Origin: Diadema antillarum
Taxonomy: Eukaryota
Assembly: GCF_040938485.1 (NCBI RefSeq)
Contig: NW_027272560.1
Location: forward strand, 62,001-126,000
DNA length: 64,000 nucleotides
Reading direction: 5' to 3'
Position 1 is the first letter of the stretch; each line of letters opens with the position of its first letter. The notes beneath the pieces were generated by a model that made no database searches, was not told where the DNA came from, and was given only the letters and a program-made list of their open reading frames with translations. Below are positions 34,662 through 45,956 of this stretch, in pieces. Position numbers and translations under genes: made by a program.

Positions 34662-35045
34662 AGGGATGGTACAGTATTGGTAGAGATGAGAATTGGGCTT
34701 TTAACTTTTTGCGAGATACCAAGAAAACACTTATGATATAGTACAGAGCATACTATTTTAAGAGGAATTCAAAGTTTATTTGATGAAAATCGGGTGTGGA
34801 ATGACTGAAACATCAAAAAACAAAGTAAAACAAAGCGATCGTAATAAAGTGTGGGTCCCACACTTTTTTAGAATCGCTCTTTTTTGGATATCTCAGCCAT
34901 TTCAAAACCAATTTTCATCAAATAAATGTTGAATTCCTCATAGAATTACATGCCCTTTCATATTCATAAGAGGTTCCTCATTATCTCACAAAAAAAAAAT
35001 GTTAGAAACCTGAAATTAGGTCTTAACCAAAACTGTACGATTCCT
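34662..35045. mobile_element. AGGGATGGTACAGT-family MITE, TTAA TSD (Kolobok-like), unit 2 only, 59 bp after the B2 stop codon
   Basis: TTAA at 34658 and 35046; unit 1 empty site actTTAAcaaaagacg at ~16557. Related internal sequence at ~18640-18930, ~39130-39420 and ~42030-42404. Confidence 0.88.
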
Positions 35046-35332
35046 TTAACAAAAGACGAAATTGTCGAATCTCTCAAACTGTCAAAAGTAATACTCAATA
35101 CAAGTGTCGTAAAATGGTCATATTATGTAGATATTGTAGATGTATAAAAAGAGCAGAGAAGAACATGAAGGAAACCTACGAAAAGCTGAAGTTTATAGGA
35201 CTTGCATTTTCAAGAAAATATAAGCTCCTATCATCAACACCTGGAGATCAGGATTGATAAAATATTGACCAAACGAATATCTGTATATATTATTGTATAT
35301 TCATTGCAAACATCCACATGGATTCATACACA

Positions 35333-35368
<36 letters not shown>

Positions 35369-36111
35369 GGTAATTTCTATTTTGGCAGAACCATGAGGTA
35401 GAGCAGATAGCCATCTTTTCGGCTTTGTATTATAATCTGCTCATTTTTGTGACAAGCATTGCCTTCGTTGGGGCAAAACAGAATAGTGGACTGGTATGTG
35501 CATTTTCATGGTATAATCGCATACACACATTATGATATTATACACGCATGTGTGTGTGTATATTCAGTTCATTGAGAGGGAACTTAATTGTCTTTCTGTT
35601 TGCGTGGGATCGCTATGTCTTTGTTTTAGTTTTTACTTCTCTCATGTGTGGAAGAAGGAGGATCCGCTGAGAAACAGATGTAAAGATCAAGAGAGTGCAA
35701 CATCATGTATTTAGCTGTTCTTTTAACAGCGTTTATTTTGTTCATAAATGTATTGTTTGTTACGGTTTGTTGGAGAACGGCTCAGGGACCGTATTCGCTG
35801 ATACGCAGATTAGGATGAACTGACACACTCCATGTATATATGTTAATAATTGACGGCCTTCGTGGAGCTTTATGAAGTCACTGCACACTGGGAAGGCGAT
35901 GAGCAAGTTATCATAAAATATACGCGAAATAGAATGTAGCGGAAGCAGTTACCAGCATACACAATATATCTGTTTGGTTTTTCTGCAAATTTCCCTATTT
36001 TTTGCTGTGAGTTCTGATTTCAAGGTTTGTTGGAAGTTAGATGACCACATGGAGAATCATTGTGAATCGTTTATGATTATTTATTATAAATAATAATAAA
36101 TAATAATAATA

Positions 36112-37201
36112 TTTTCCGGTCTGCGGAAAATATTTCAAAGGCATTCTGTTCGGTATCATCTATATGCAGACGACATACAAGTTTTTGTATCTTTTCCACC
36201 ACATCAAATCCAAGCATCTCATGCACTGCGCTGTCTAGAAAATTGCATCATTGATATTGATGCTTGGATGAGGTCTAACTCATTGTTTCTAAACCACAGC
36301 AAGTGTGAATTTATCCTTTTTGGTTCTAAATCTCACTTGAATAAGTTGGATATTAATTGTATTTCGATTGTAGGTAATGATATTCCTCTGTCAAAGTCAT
36401 GTCGCAATCTGGGTGTTATGTTTGACTCTCACATGGCTATGTCCGATCAAATCACCAACATTTCTAAATCAGTCCGTTATCAATTGCGCAATATTGGTTT
36501 TATTCGCAAGTATTTGACTCGCTCTGCCACGGAAAAACTTGTTCATGCACTTATTTCTTCACGCCTTGATTTCGGTAATGGTTTGTTTTTCAATCTACCA
36601 AACTCGCAAATTGCCCAATTACAAAAGCTACAAAATGCCGCTGCACGTATTGTTTCTTTGTCAAGTAAACGCAGTCATATCACACCTATCCTGAAGAGTC
36701 TTCATTGGTTGCCTGTACAGGAGCGTATTCGGTTTAAGATACTTCTTTTGGTTTATCATGTTATTGAGGGAACAGCTCCTGATTACAATGTTTGTTTGTT
36801 TCGTCAATACCAACCTTCACGAACTCTTCGATCCTCAACTTCAGGTCTCTTACATATTCCGTTTTCTAGGAAATCTTGGGGGGAACGAGCTTTCGCTCAC
36901 GCTGGACCAACACTGTGGAATTCACTTCCTCGTGAGCTGAAAGACTCGAGCTCTATAACATCTTTCAGGAGTAATTTAAAATCCTATCTGTTTAGCAGTG
37001 CATTTTGAAGACCAGTGTCTTTTGAAGACAGACTTTCATGTCTTTTTTTTTTTCTGCTTCTTCATCCTTCTTCTATTACTGTGATGTACTTGTATTTTCA
37101 ATCTGTTTGCTTTGATGTACAATTGTAAAGCGCCTTGAGCATTTAATCAAAGTGGAGAACGGCGCTATAGAAATTGTATGTATTATTATTATTATTATTA
37201 T
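36112..37201 (+). mobile_element. 5'-truncated L2/CR1-group LINE (RT C-terminus), unit 2 only
   Basis: The frame extends upstream of the track ORF to YHLYADD (36163); contains LHWLP, YQPSRTLRS, GERAFAHAGPTLWNSLP; 3' gtaaagcgcc...ggcgctatag hairpin and (TAT)n tail; absent at unit 1 ~17640. Confidence 0.92.
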
Positions 37202-37481
37202 TTTTACTGTGTCGCTGGAACAGTTGTCACCTCAGCTTTATAATGTGATCAAATATTGCCCTGCTTGCAGTACAAATTCGTTTTCTGTAGTGTGAGCGTC
37301 AAATTAAAATATTTCACGCCATTTTCTCACTTTATGGAGAAATACGGTTGGGGAACTCGACGATTAAGTATTACCTATATATGCGTTGGATATTTGATAA
37401 TGTGTATGTTCTTACAGTAGGCCTACTTATGAATAAACACAAGCAGACAGGTTTACATAGGACTACATACCACACACACAC

Positions 37482-37548
<67 letters not shown>

Positions 37549-37754
37549 CAATTATACATGTATATATAAATCATGTAAGAGTATCAGCATATAATGTGTA
37601 TATTGTGGACTGTAAACAGATAAAAGGGAAAAGCCTTCTCAATTTTTAGTTTTTGATATTTCTGAAAGAGGATTTTTTTCTTCAATATGATTCTAAAATT
37701 TGGGATCGTAAAACTAATGAAAATATCTTGTTGCATTTTTTTTTCTAGAACTCT

Positions 37755-38711
37755 GTATTGTATGGGCAACTTCAAAAAGCCACATTGATAGTATATTAAT
37801 TTTGCAAAAGAAAGCTATACGTATATGCACCAACTCAGGTTATCGAGACCATTCAGATCCTTTACTCGCAGAATTAAGAACACTTAAGGTAAATGACATT
37901 AATTTTTTGCAAAACTCACTTTTTATGCTTCGCTTACATAATGGTCAGTTGCCATCTTCTTTTTACTCACTATTTCAATTAAACAAGGAAATACATTCTT
38001 ATCCAACAAGACAATCTGATAAGTTTCACTTGTATAATCCCAAAACAGTGATGGCTCTGAAATCTGTCAGACACACCGGACCCGATGTTTGGAATTCTCT
38101 TCCTTCTGAAATTCGAAGTTTAAAGTCCATGTATTCTTTTAGGAAGGCTGTAAAAACAATGTTGTTATCTGAATATCAGTAATTCCATTGTCATTGTTAA
38201 TGTATTATACACGAAATTCTTTCGTAGAAATATCGACGCAATTAATTTATTATGTAAGAATGATTATGTAACCGACCATGACCTGTATCAACTGTCCACC
38301 TGTACCTAGGTTAGGAAATATTTTGTCATGTCTTGCCAATCAGTGATACAGGTGACTTTACTTTGTATAAACCTTTAGTGAAAGCAGACAAACCTCTCCT
38401 TTCCCTTTCTCCTTTCAACTATCCTATTTCTATGCAAGTCATCCCTCCCTCCTATTCTCCTTCCGGTGTATATTATAATATTATGTTATGCTACGGGGCT
38501 GCACGCAAATCAAGCTACGCTTATGCTGTAGCCCCTCTGTATCATTCATTGTTGTATGTTTTGTTGTACTTTTGCTGTACATTGTACACAGGCAATGAAC
38601 AAGAAAATACTTATATATATTATTATATTTATGTTTGTACATGAATGTGTATATGTACAATGATGATACAGAAACCAATAAATCAAATCAAATCAAATCA
38701 AATCAAATCAA
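37755..38711 (+). mobile_element. 5'-truncated CR1-like LINE fragment, 6-bp TSD AACTCT, unit 2 only
   Basis: ILQKKAIRIC...HSYPTRQ...GPDVWNSLP; (AAATC)n tail; AACTCT at 37749 and 38712; unit 1 single site ctggAACTCTttg at ~18178. Confidence 0.9.
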
Positions 38712-39771
38712 AACTCTTTGATTCGGTCCGACGTATATAGGCTTTCTCAGATTTACGGATTCGGACGACCAGAAACCCTTCAAACACTTATCACTTTCAA
38801 CCCTTATATCTTTTGAAAGGATGACGCCATTACTTCGTAAGGTAGTATCGGTCATGCATAAAATAATATAGGCCTACGTAATGATGTGCAAACTTTCAGT
38901 TTAGTTTGATAATCCCTTCATAGTGGTTGCCATGGAGCTTTATCCTGGTCTTTGTTTCACTTATTGCATAAGGCACCGCAGGATGACAAGCACTTGACTA
39001 GACCCTAAACTTCAAAGCCTTTTTTCCCCAGAGCGTGTACTTATTTTCCATCAATTACATGGGCTTCGAAAGTCCCTTTGCATTAAAGTATGTGTCATTT
39101 TAAATTCTAGCGTCTGCTCTTTCAGAAATCGCCCTTACCTGAAAATCCACGCCCGGTGACATTTTGGTGGTTTTAAATTTTGGTTGAGACCTAACTTGAG
39201 GTTTTCTTTTATGAAATATGGAAGAACATGTAATTCCAAGAGAAATTAAACATTTATTCGATGACAATTGATTTTGAAATGGCTGAGATATCCAAAACAG
39301 AGCGATCCTAGTAAAAGGTGGACCAACCTTATATCACGATCACTTTGTTTTGCTGTGTTTTGGATGTCTCAGCTATTCTAAAGCTGATTTTCATCAATAA
39401 TTTTGAATTCCTCTAAGACATACAGCTACAGCAACACGTACAGATACGTCCCCGATGCAAGATTTGTTGCCTATATACATACTTGTACATGTAAATAATA
39501 ATACGATGGGCGTGTGTGTGCATGTTTTCAGTGCATTCGAAATTGCGCTGTAACCTCTTTACCCTTTTGAATAAGGACAAGAGATAGAGATAGCAAATAT
39601 CTAAACGGGGAAGTCTGTCTTTCTCTATTTGACAAACCCATGAGCTCCACTGAGATAGCCTATATACATGTCACGATACGACGAAAACAAGACTGGGCAA
39701 TGATGACATCACTGCTCTGTGTTAAATCTCCGAGTTTGATTATGATATGAGTACTAAGTAACTGAGTGTTC

Positions 39772-40401
39772 TCTATCAGCAACTATCTCCTGGCACAAGT
39801 CAGTGAATTCACATATTTAGGATAAAATGTTTATGAAGATGGGAAGAATGGTGGAGAAATTCGGAGAAGAATTTGAATGGCTAAAACTAAGTTTACCCAA
39901 ATGAGTAAAGTGTTAACAGCAAGGAAGATATCTACTGCAACCAAGCTCAGACTAGTAAAATGTTACGTGCATTCAACTCTCTTGTACTGTTGTGAAACAT
40001 GGACATTGTACGTGGATGATATGAAAAGGCTGGCTGCATTTGAGATGTGGATATTCAGACACCTGGGCCGCATATCATGGTCAGACAGGAAAACAAATCA
40101 GTATGTTCTAGGTCATCTGAATGTCACAAAAACCTTGATGAAAGACATTAAATCAAGAAAACTCAAATATTTTGGCCATGTTAAAAGACATCAGAACATC
40201 CAACAAAAGTGTACTGGAAGGGATTATAGAAGGCAGGAGATGCAGAGGAACGCCAGCGCAGTTTGTGGTGTAACAACATAAAGGAGTGGACAGGAAAGAG
40301 AGCGGCCGCATGTAGTAAGGCGGCCATGAACAGAACAGAATGGAAGTCCATGTTCGCCAACCTTCGGACTGAAGACGGCATTTAGGAAGAAGAAGAAGAA
40401 G
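39772..40401 (+). mobile_element. 5'-truncated RTE-clade LINE fragment, 12-bp TSD AACTGAGTGTTC, unit 2 only
   Basis: KCYVHSTLLYCCETW...FEMWIFR...RKLKYFGHVKR with a frameshift near 40200; (AGA)n tail; TSD at 39760 and 40402. Confidence 0.9.
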
Positions 40402-42959
40402 AACTGAGTGTTCATTTCCGGCCATCAGACTGGTTCCGATGTCTACACAAGTGCGAAGATCAAATTTGCAATGGAATACGCCCGATGCATGGACAAGGAA
40501 ATATAAGTGTGGATACTGCTCCGAAACTTGCGGGCATGACTTGTTTGTGTCGACGGCTTGAATTTAATTGGTCGAGACCAAACAAAAAGCCTAGATATCT
40601 TTGATTCATGACTCAGAGCTAAGTTAAACATCGATAAGACCCGCTTACTTAGTTTAAACATTTATTTTTTTAAGCTTTTGCTATCTTGTGTTTTTTTTCA
40701 TTAGGATCTAAACATGAACATGGCCTACTTTTTCTAGATGGACTGTGTAGGCCTTCCATCGGACAGTTTGATACCGCTTGATCTAGATGGTACATAATAA
40801 AACAAATATGAGCAAAGCGGTCTTAAGTGTGAAAAAACTTGCAGATTTCATATTCTTCATAATTATTAATGATCAGATGCAACCAGTTTTTGTCAATTCC
40901 CTCACAGGTATTCCTTTGAAAAATGTAAATGACAGCATAAGCCGGTCGGAAATATGAAATTAATTCGAATGTAAAAACAAGCAACGGCGTTTTCAATCAC
41001 ACTATAGATTAAGAACTCAGCATTTATTAAAATTTCCAGGTCTCTGCTTGCCTTTAAAGACTCAGAATTTTATGTGGCTGGGCCTTGGCTGTTACAAATT
41101 ACAAATGTTTTGAACATCGCATTACACGTAAACATCTAATTAGACACTGAAGAAGGGATGACATACGGCCTGTCTTGGAAGGGCAGCCAAATATCGTAAC
41201 AGGATGTGGCTATATTGAGCAGTGATTATGCAGAGACATCGAGCGTACCTTTTGGCACACTCTTTCGGGGTTTTTTTTTTTCTCATTTTTTTACATTATT
41301 GATTCGGGGAAAGAAAACTTAAATCTGACAACAATCACTGTAGAACGACAGGGCGGATGACATGGATGGCAAACCAAAACAAAACATGCCCTTGAACACG
41401 TGTTGAATCGAAAAGGACAGGAAACTAGATTACTCTATTATTTGCAATCGGAAACTGATAAACCATGGTAAGTTCCTGACTTTAATCGGCATGCTTTTTG
41501 CAGCTGTTGAAGGTAGAAGATTCTTTAAGGTGCTGTTAAAAGTGTCAAATTTTCCATCTTATAGTACATGGACGGTACACACTCGATTGTAGGCCTACTA
41601 TTACCTATGGAAAAGAATTTATTCCTTTTTTGTTGTTTTGGCTTAAGATATTTGGATAAATAGTCCACGAAATATTGTTTTCGTTTCAGACAAGATGGAT
41701 TATCCAGAACTTGTAATAACTCATTTCGTAATCCTGTGCGCTTATCCATCAAACTCTATGTCCAAAAAACCACATGCCTGTGGTGGGCGCTGTATCTTTT
41801 TCTTTCATCATGATTCGTGTTTTTCATACTTGGAACCTTTGATGCGGAATTGAAAAAGATAAGTACAGTGTGTATTTTCCATTTCAGCATTATTCTGGGA
41901 AATCACTCGTGTTCACAGGTTGCAGAATAACCAAAAGACTCTAAATCGCAAAATCTATAATTGATCCTGAAGTTGGCAATATGGCCTACATTTTAAGAGA
42001 CCAACGATAAAAGGATTGCATAGTTTTGGTTGAGATATAGGGGATTCAGATTTTAACCTTTTTTTTTTTGCGAGATGATTAGAAACCATTTACGAAATAT
42101 TAAAGAGTGTACACGTCTACAAGAGGAGTTAAAATATTTTTTTCTGATGAACATCGGTTCTAATATGGATGAGTTATCTCAAAGCAAAGTAGAACAAAGT
42201 ACCTTTTATCAGGACCTCTTTGTTTTTGTTTTTTGGATATCTCAGCCATTTCAAAACCAATTTTCATCAAATAAACTTTGAATCACTCTAAGAATTATAT
42301 GCTTTCTCATATTTTATACAAGAGCTTCTCTCATTATTTAAAAAATATCATTGGAAAAACGTTTGAAACCTTAGGTCGTATCTCAACCGAACTGTACCAT
42401 CCCTTTAAATGAATTCAACAAGTTGCAGCAAAATTGATTTGCCATATTAGTAAGAAACAAGATGATTTATTTGGTAAAATTATTCCATGACTTCAAAGTT
42501 GAAACGCAATTCATTATGTTTGTATGTTGTTTGCGTTGAAGGATATCGATCCGTTTCATTTTTAATTTCAATTTCAATTTCAATGTATTTTTCTCTTTTT
42601 TATTTTCATTTTTTTTTTCAGAAATACAATACACAAACGAAAATACAGTAATATAGGAATTTTTGTTAAAATTAAGTTTTCTAAGAAAATTTCAATTTTA
42701 CAAATGTTAAGTGCTGTAAGGGCCGTCACAATGAACACATGTAATGCTTGATGAGATGATAGCCCATTTCTTATGACCAAACAGTCAAAAAATGTTCTCT
42801 AGGATTTACACATAAAAGAAGGGAAAAGGGTGCAAGTAGGGGGGGGATGATTCACGAATGGCCTGGTTTGATTGTACCTAAAAAGAGAATAACTATGATA
42901 ACTGATTAATTTCTGAAGGATGTTCACAAGAATTTACTGTTACAACATGGTGGGGATGT

Positions 42960-43106
42960 GGAGACACACACACACACACACACAAAAAAAACCTCGCGGA
43001 AGGAACTTCTTGTGGGTATATGGCACTGTATGTGTGAGTTTGAACGTGTGTATACGTATTTCGTCTTCTCGTTTATGTGTATATTTGTGGATGTGTTTGC
43101 GTGTGT

Positions 43107-43143
<37 letters not shown>

Positions 43144-43144
43144 T

Positions 43145-43186
<42 letters not shown>
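42960..43186. repeat. (CA)n and long (GT)n microsatellites
   Basis: Direct reading. Confidence 0.95.
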
Positions 43187-43187
<1 letters not shown>

Positions 43188-44577
43188 ATGTTTAAACAAG
43201 TGATATCAAGTCGAACGGAAGAAATAACATCCTGTGAGTGATATAAGCTCATCTATATTTGACATTAAAACGTAGGCTGATATGTAGTTATATTAGGACA
43301 GCAGATGAGCCTGTTGCACGACTGCAAAATGACTTCAGTTGAACAGTGAAAATCACGGCACTACTCCATAGAGTGTAATAGTACATAGGTGTTGTTTGGG
43401 GTTTAACAAGCAATTTCTGTTTAGGCCTACTTAGAAAATACATTGTACCAACATACGTATGGGGGAAAAGCAATTTGCGCACAATAGCAAAACCGGATCA
43501 GATGAAAGCGAAGCGATATTATATAAGATATTTCCTTATTAGAGGTGAGGTATACACTTGACCCCGCTTAAGTTATTTTTCCCCAAACACGCAGCGCTGA
43601 GGAAAAATATTGTCTCTATTATAGGGGAAAATATAATTATCGTCCAAGAGATTCTCAATTTGATAGTTTTATCACAACGATATAAAAAGGCAATATTAAT
43701 CGTATATGATCTATTACAAATCACTTCATTCTAGTCCTGTCGGCAGCCATTTAAATTCTGGAATTGTACGTAACCTGCACGTGTCGTCATTGCTCGCAAT
43801 ATAACGATTTCAATCCTCATCGTACTAGTCACGTGATCACATTGTGACCAATCACTGGCAAGTGTTAAAACACATCATTTTACATAAATCTTAATTCATA
43901 CAAAAATCACGATTACCTATGCATAATATCTGTCAGACCATAAGCACACAAACACGCACGTGTCAATATCTTGTCTCCTTGAAAGATGACAGAATATCTT
44001 CCTCTTCAATGAAAAAAAAAAGTTACGGTTAAGGCACGGAAGTGATTTAGATTTCTCACAGTTCTTCTGTTTTCTCCCAGTTATATTTATTGTTCAAGTC
44101 AGACACGACTAATACAGGTATCTCTAAACACGTACGCATCCAACACCAAAGTTTTAACACAAATACACTGTACATTCAAAGAATTCTTCAGTTCGTTGCT
44201 ACTACTTGCGAGTAAATGTGTAACTGTCCTCATTTAATTGTGTCATGATTTAAAAGAACCATGGTGAAAATAATTTATAGTCATATGAAAAAAACCGGAC
44301 AGTTGCCGTTACCGTGATTGATGTGCGAAGGCGTTTAGTCCGATAAACAAAATATTAAGAAAAGGTCAAATAAAAATCACACATCTTATAGACAACTATT
44401 GTTAATAAGAAGATTGTCATAATCAAAGTATAGGCTAATAAGCCATGCTTTTCTTTTTCTTCACAGAATTGAATAACTTCTATGACAAACATATTTCAAT
44501 GACTGGAAAGTGGCAGATCCCTTGACATGCAGTGGGGGAGAAAATAATCACGCTCATATCTACTGATACATCGTAGT

Positions 44578-44697
44578 CAGTGGCGGATCCGGGGGTGGCC
44601 ATGGGGGGGGGGGGGGGGACTGCTCTCCCTTTAATTTTTGTTCTTTATCTTTTTAAGATACCATCCTTGCAGCTGATCTATTGCGCTTGAGTCTTGT

Positions 44698-44734
<37 letters not shown>

Positions 44735-44813
44735 GCTTGTCAGCTGATTAAACGCGTAAGAGTTAAATAAACTGCTTTGCGCCCCTTTTGCGGAATTCCT
44801 GGATCCGCCCTTG
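44578..44813. mobile_element. CAGTGGCGGATCC-family MITE with apparent 5-bp TSD GTAGT, 25 bp past the SMB receptor stop codon
   Basis: TIR CAGTGGCGGATCC / GGATCCGCCCTTG; GTAGT at 44573-44577 and 44814-44818. Confidence 0.75.
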
Positions 44814-44838
44814 GTAGTACAAATTTTCACATAGCGCT

Positions 44839-45201
44839 TCAGATTCCGTTTCCTTCAATTGCGCACGGCTCAATGAACGTCGACATCCTGGAATCGTGTT
44901 CAGTTGAGTGAATGTACGATATTCGCTGTTCGGACGGATTGGACGTCGTTCCGCTCATCATCGTCATCGTCGTCGACTTCCTGTCCGAATAGGTGCGTCC
45001 TCGAAGCGACGTTCTGCCAACTTTCTTGCCTTGCATCTTGGCCACCCACAAGTCGAGGACTGTCCTATTGGCAGTGAAAGCAAGGAATATGTAGAGTCCC
45101 TGGAGGGAGTTTAAGACAATGAACACGTACCAAAGGGCGCCAACGCGAGCATACGCTGCAACAAAGCCAAAGAGCCACGTGAACCCAAGCAACGTCGAGA
45201 T
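44839..45201 (-). CDS. Exon 3 of the SMB-domain receptor: TM6, TM7 and C-tail
   Basis: Acceptor tttttctgttttccag|ATC. The join gives LRIYLK|ISTLLGFTWLFGF...FIVLNSLQGLYIF, typical class B TM6/TM7 motifs. Total model 97+2552+363 nt = 1003 aa plus stop. Confidence 0.9.
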   Translation of the reverse strand: MSTLLGFTWLFGFVAAYARVGALWYVFIVLNSLQGLYIFLAFTANRTVLDLWVAKMQGKKVGRTSLRGRTYSDRKSTTMTMMSGTTSNPSEQRISYIHSTEHDSRMSTFIEPCAIEGNGI

Positions 45202-45491
45202 CTGGAAAACAGAAAAATGGGACAAAATGCGAAATTAAAAGAAAAGGAACTTTACATAAATTACAATAGATACGTACATTACAGAAATTACTTTGTGAGA
45301 TAATTTTTTTTGTTTTGTTCTAATGTTACCGTTATCCTAGTGTTAATTAATATAATTTAATAATAATAGAAAACAAACTGAAAAGTTAACATGTATTGCA
45401 TCATTCATAATAGTTCCGGTTATCACTACCGAGAAGCAATTTTATCTTGTCATATCATTTGTTTTACAGATTTCAACACGTTTCAAATCAA

Positions 45492-45559
45492 AGGGATGGT
45501 ACAGTTTCGGTTGAGATGGGATTTGAGGTTTCCAAGCTTTTTTGATGATGCTGACAATG

Positions 45560-45606
<47 letters not shown>

Positions 45607-45945
45607 GACAAACCTGTTATGAAATATGAAGCATAAAGCTACTTCTGAGGAGAATTCAAAGTTTATTTGATGAAATTGGTTTTGAAATGACTGAGATGCC
45701 CAAAACAAAGCAATCCAATTAAAAGGTTGGACCCACCTTTTTATTCGGATCGCTTTTGTTTTCTACTTTGGGGTGGGGTTTTTTTGACATCTCAGCCATT
45801 TCAAAACCGATTTTCATCAAATAAACTTTCAATTCCCCTTTAGAATTGTATGCTTTTTAACACACTTTCATCAAGCGTTTTCTAAGTATCTCGCAGAGAG
45901 TTCAAAGGTGAATTCTCACCTCAACATAATACTATACCATCCTTT
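45492..45945. mobile_element. AGGGATGGTACAGT-family MITE in intron 2 of the SMB receptor, with an internal (TA)n expansion
   Basis: Same TIRs as 34662-35045; tcaa/ttaa flanks; (TA)n at ~45564-45603. Confidence 0.8.
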
Positions 45946-45956
45946 TTAAAAATTAC

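Larger units (their letters stand above)
24267..40829 (+). repeat. Segmental duplication unit 2 (carries GPCR A2 and B2)
   Basis: Direct-orientation copy of 4069-20277; non-coding identity varies from roughly 85% to 98% by eye. Confidence 0.9.

Noticed and set aside
42920-43199. Long Cys/Val and His/Thr ORFs here and at 4313-4641, 5432-6220 and 53460-53714
   Set aside because: Translations of (GT)n/(CA)n, (AT)n and (CT)n microsatellites.
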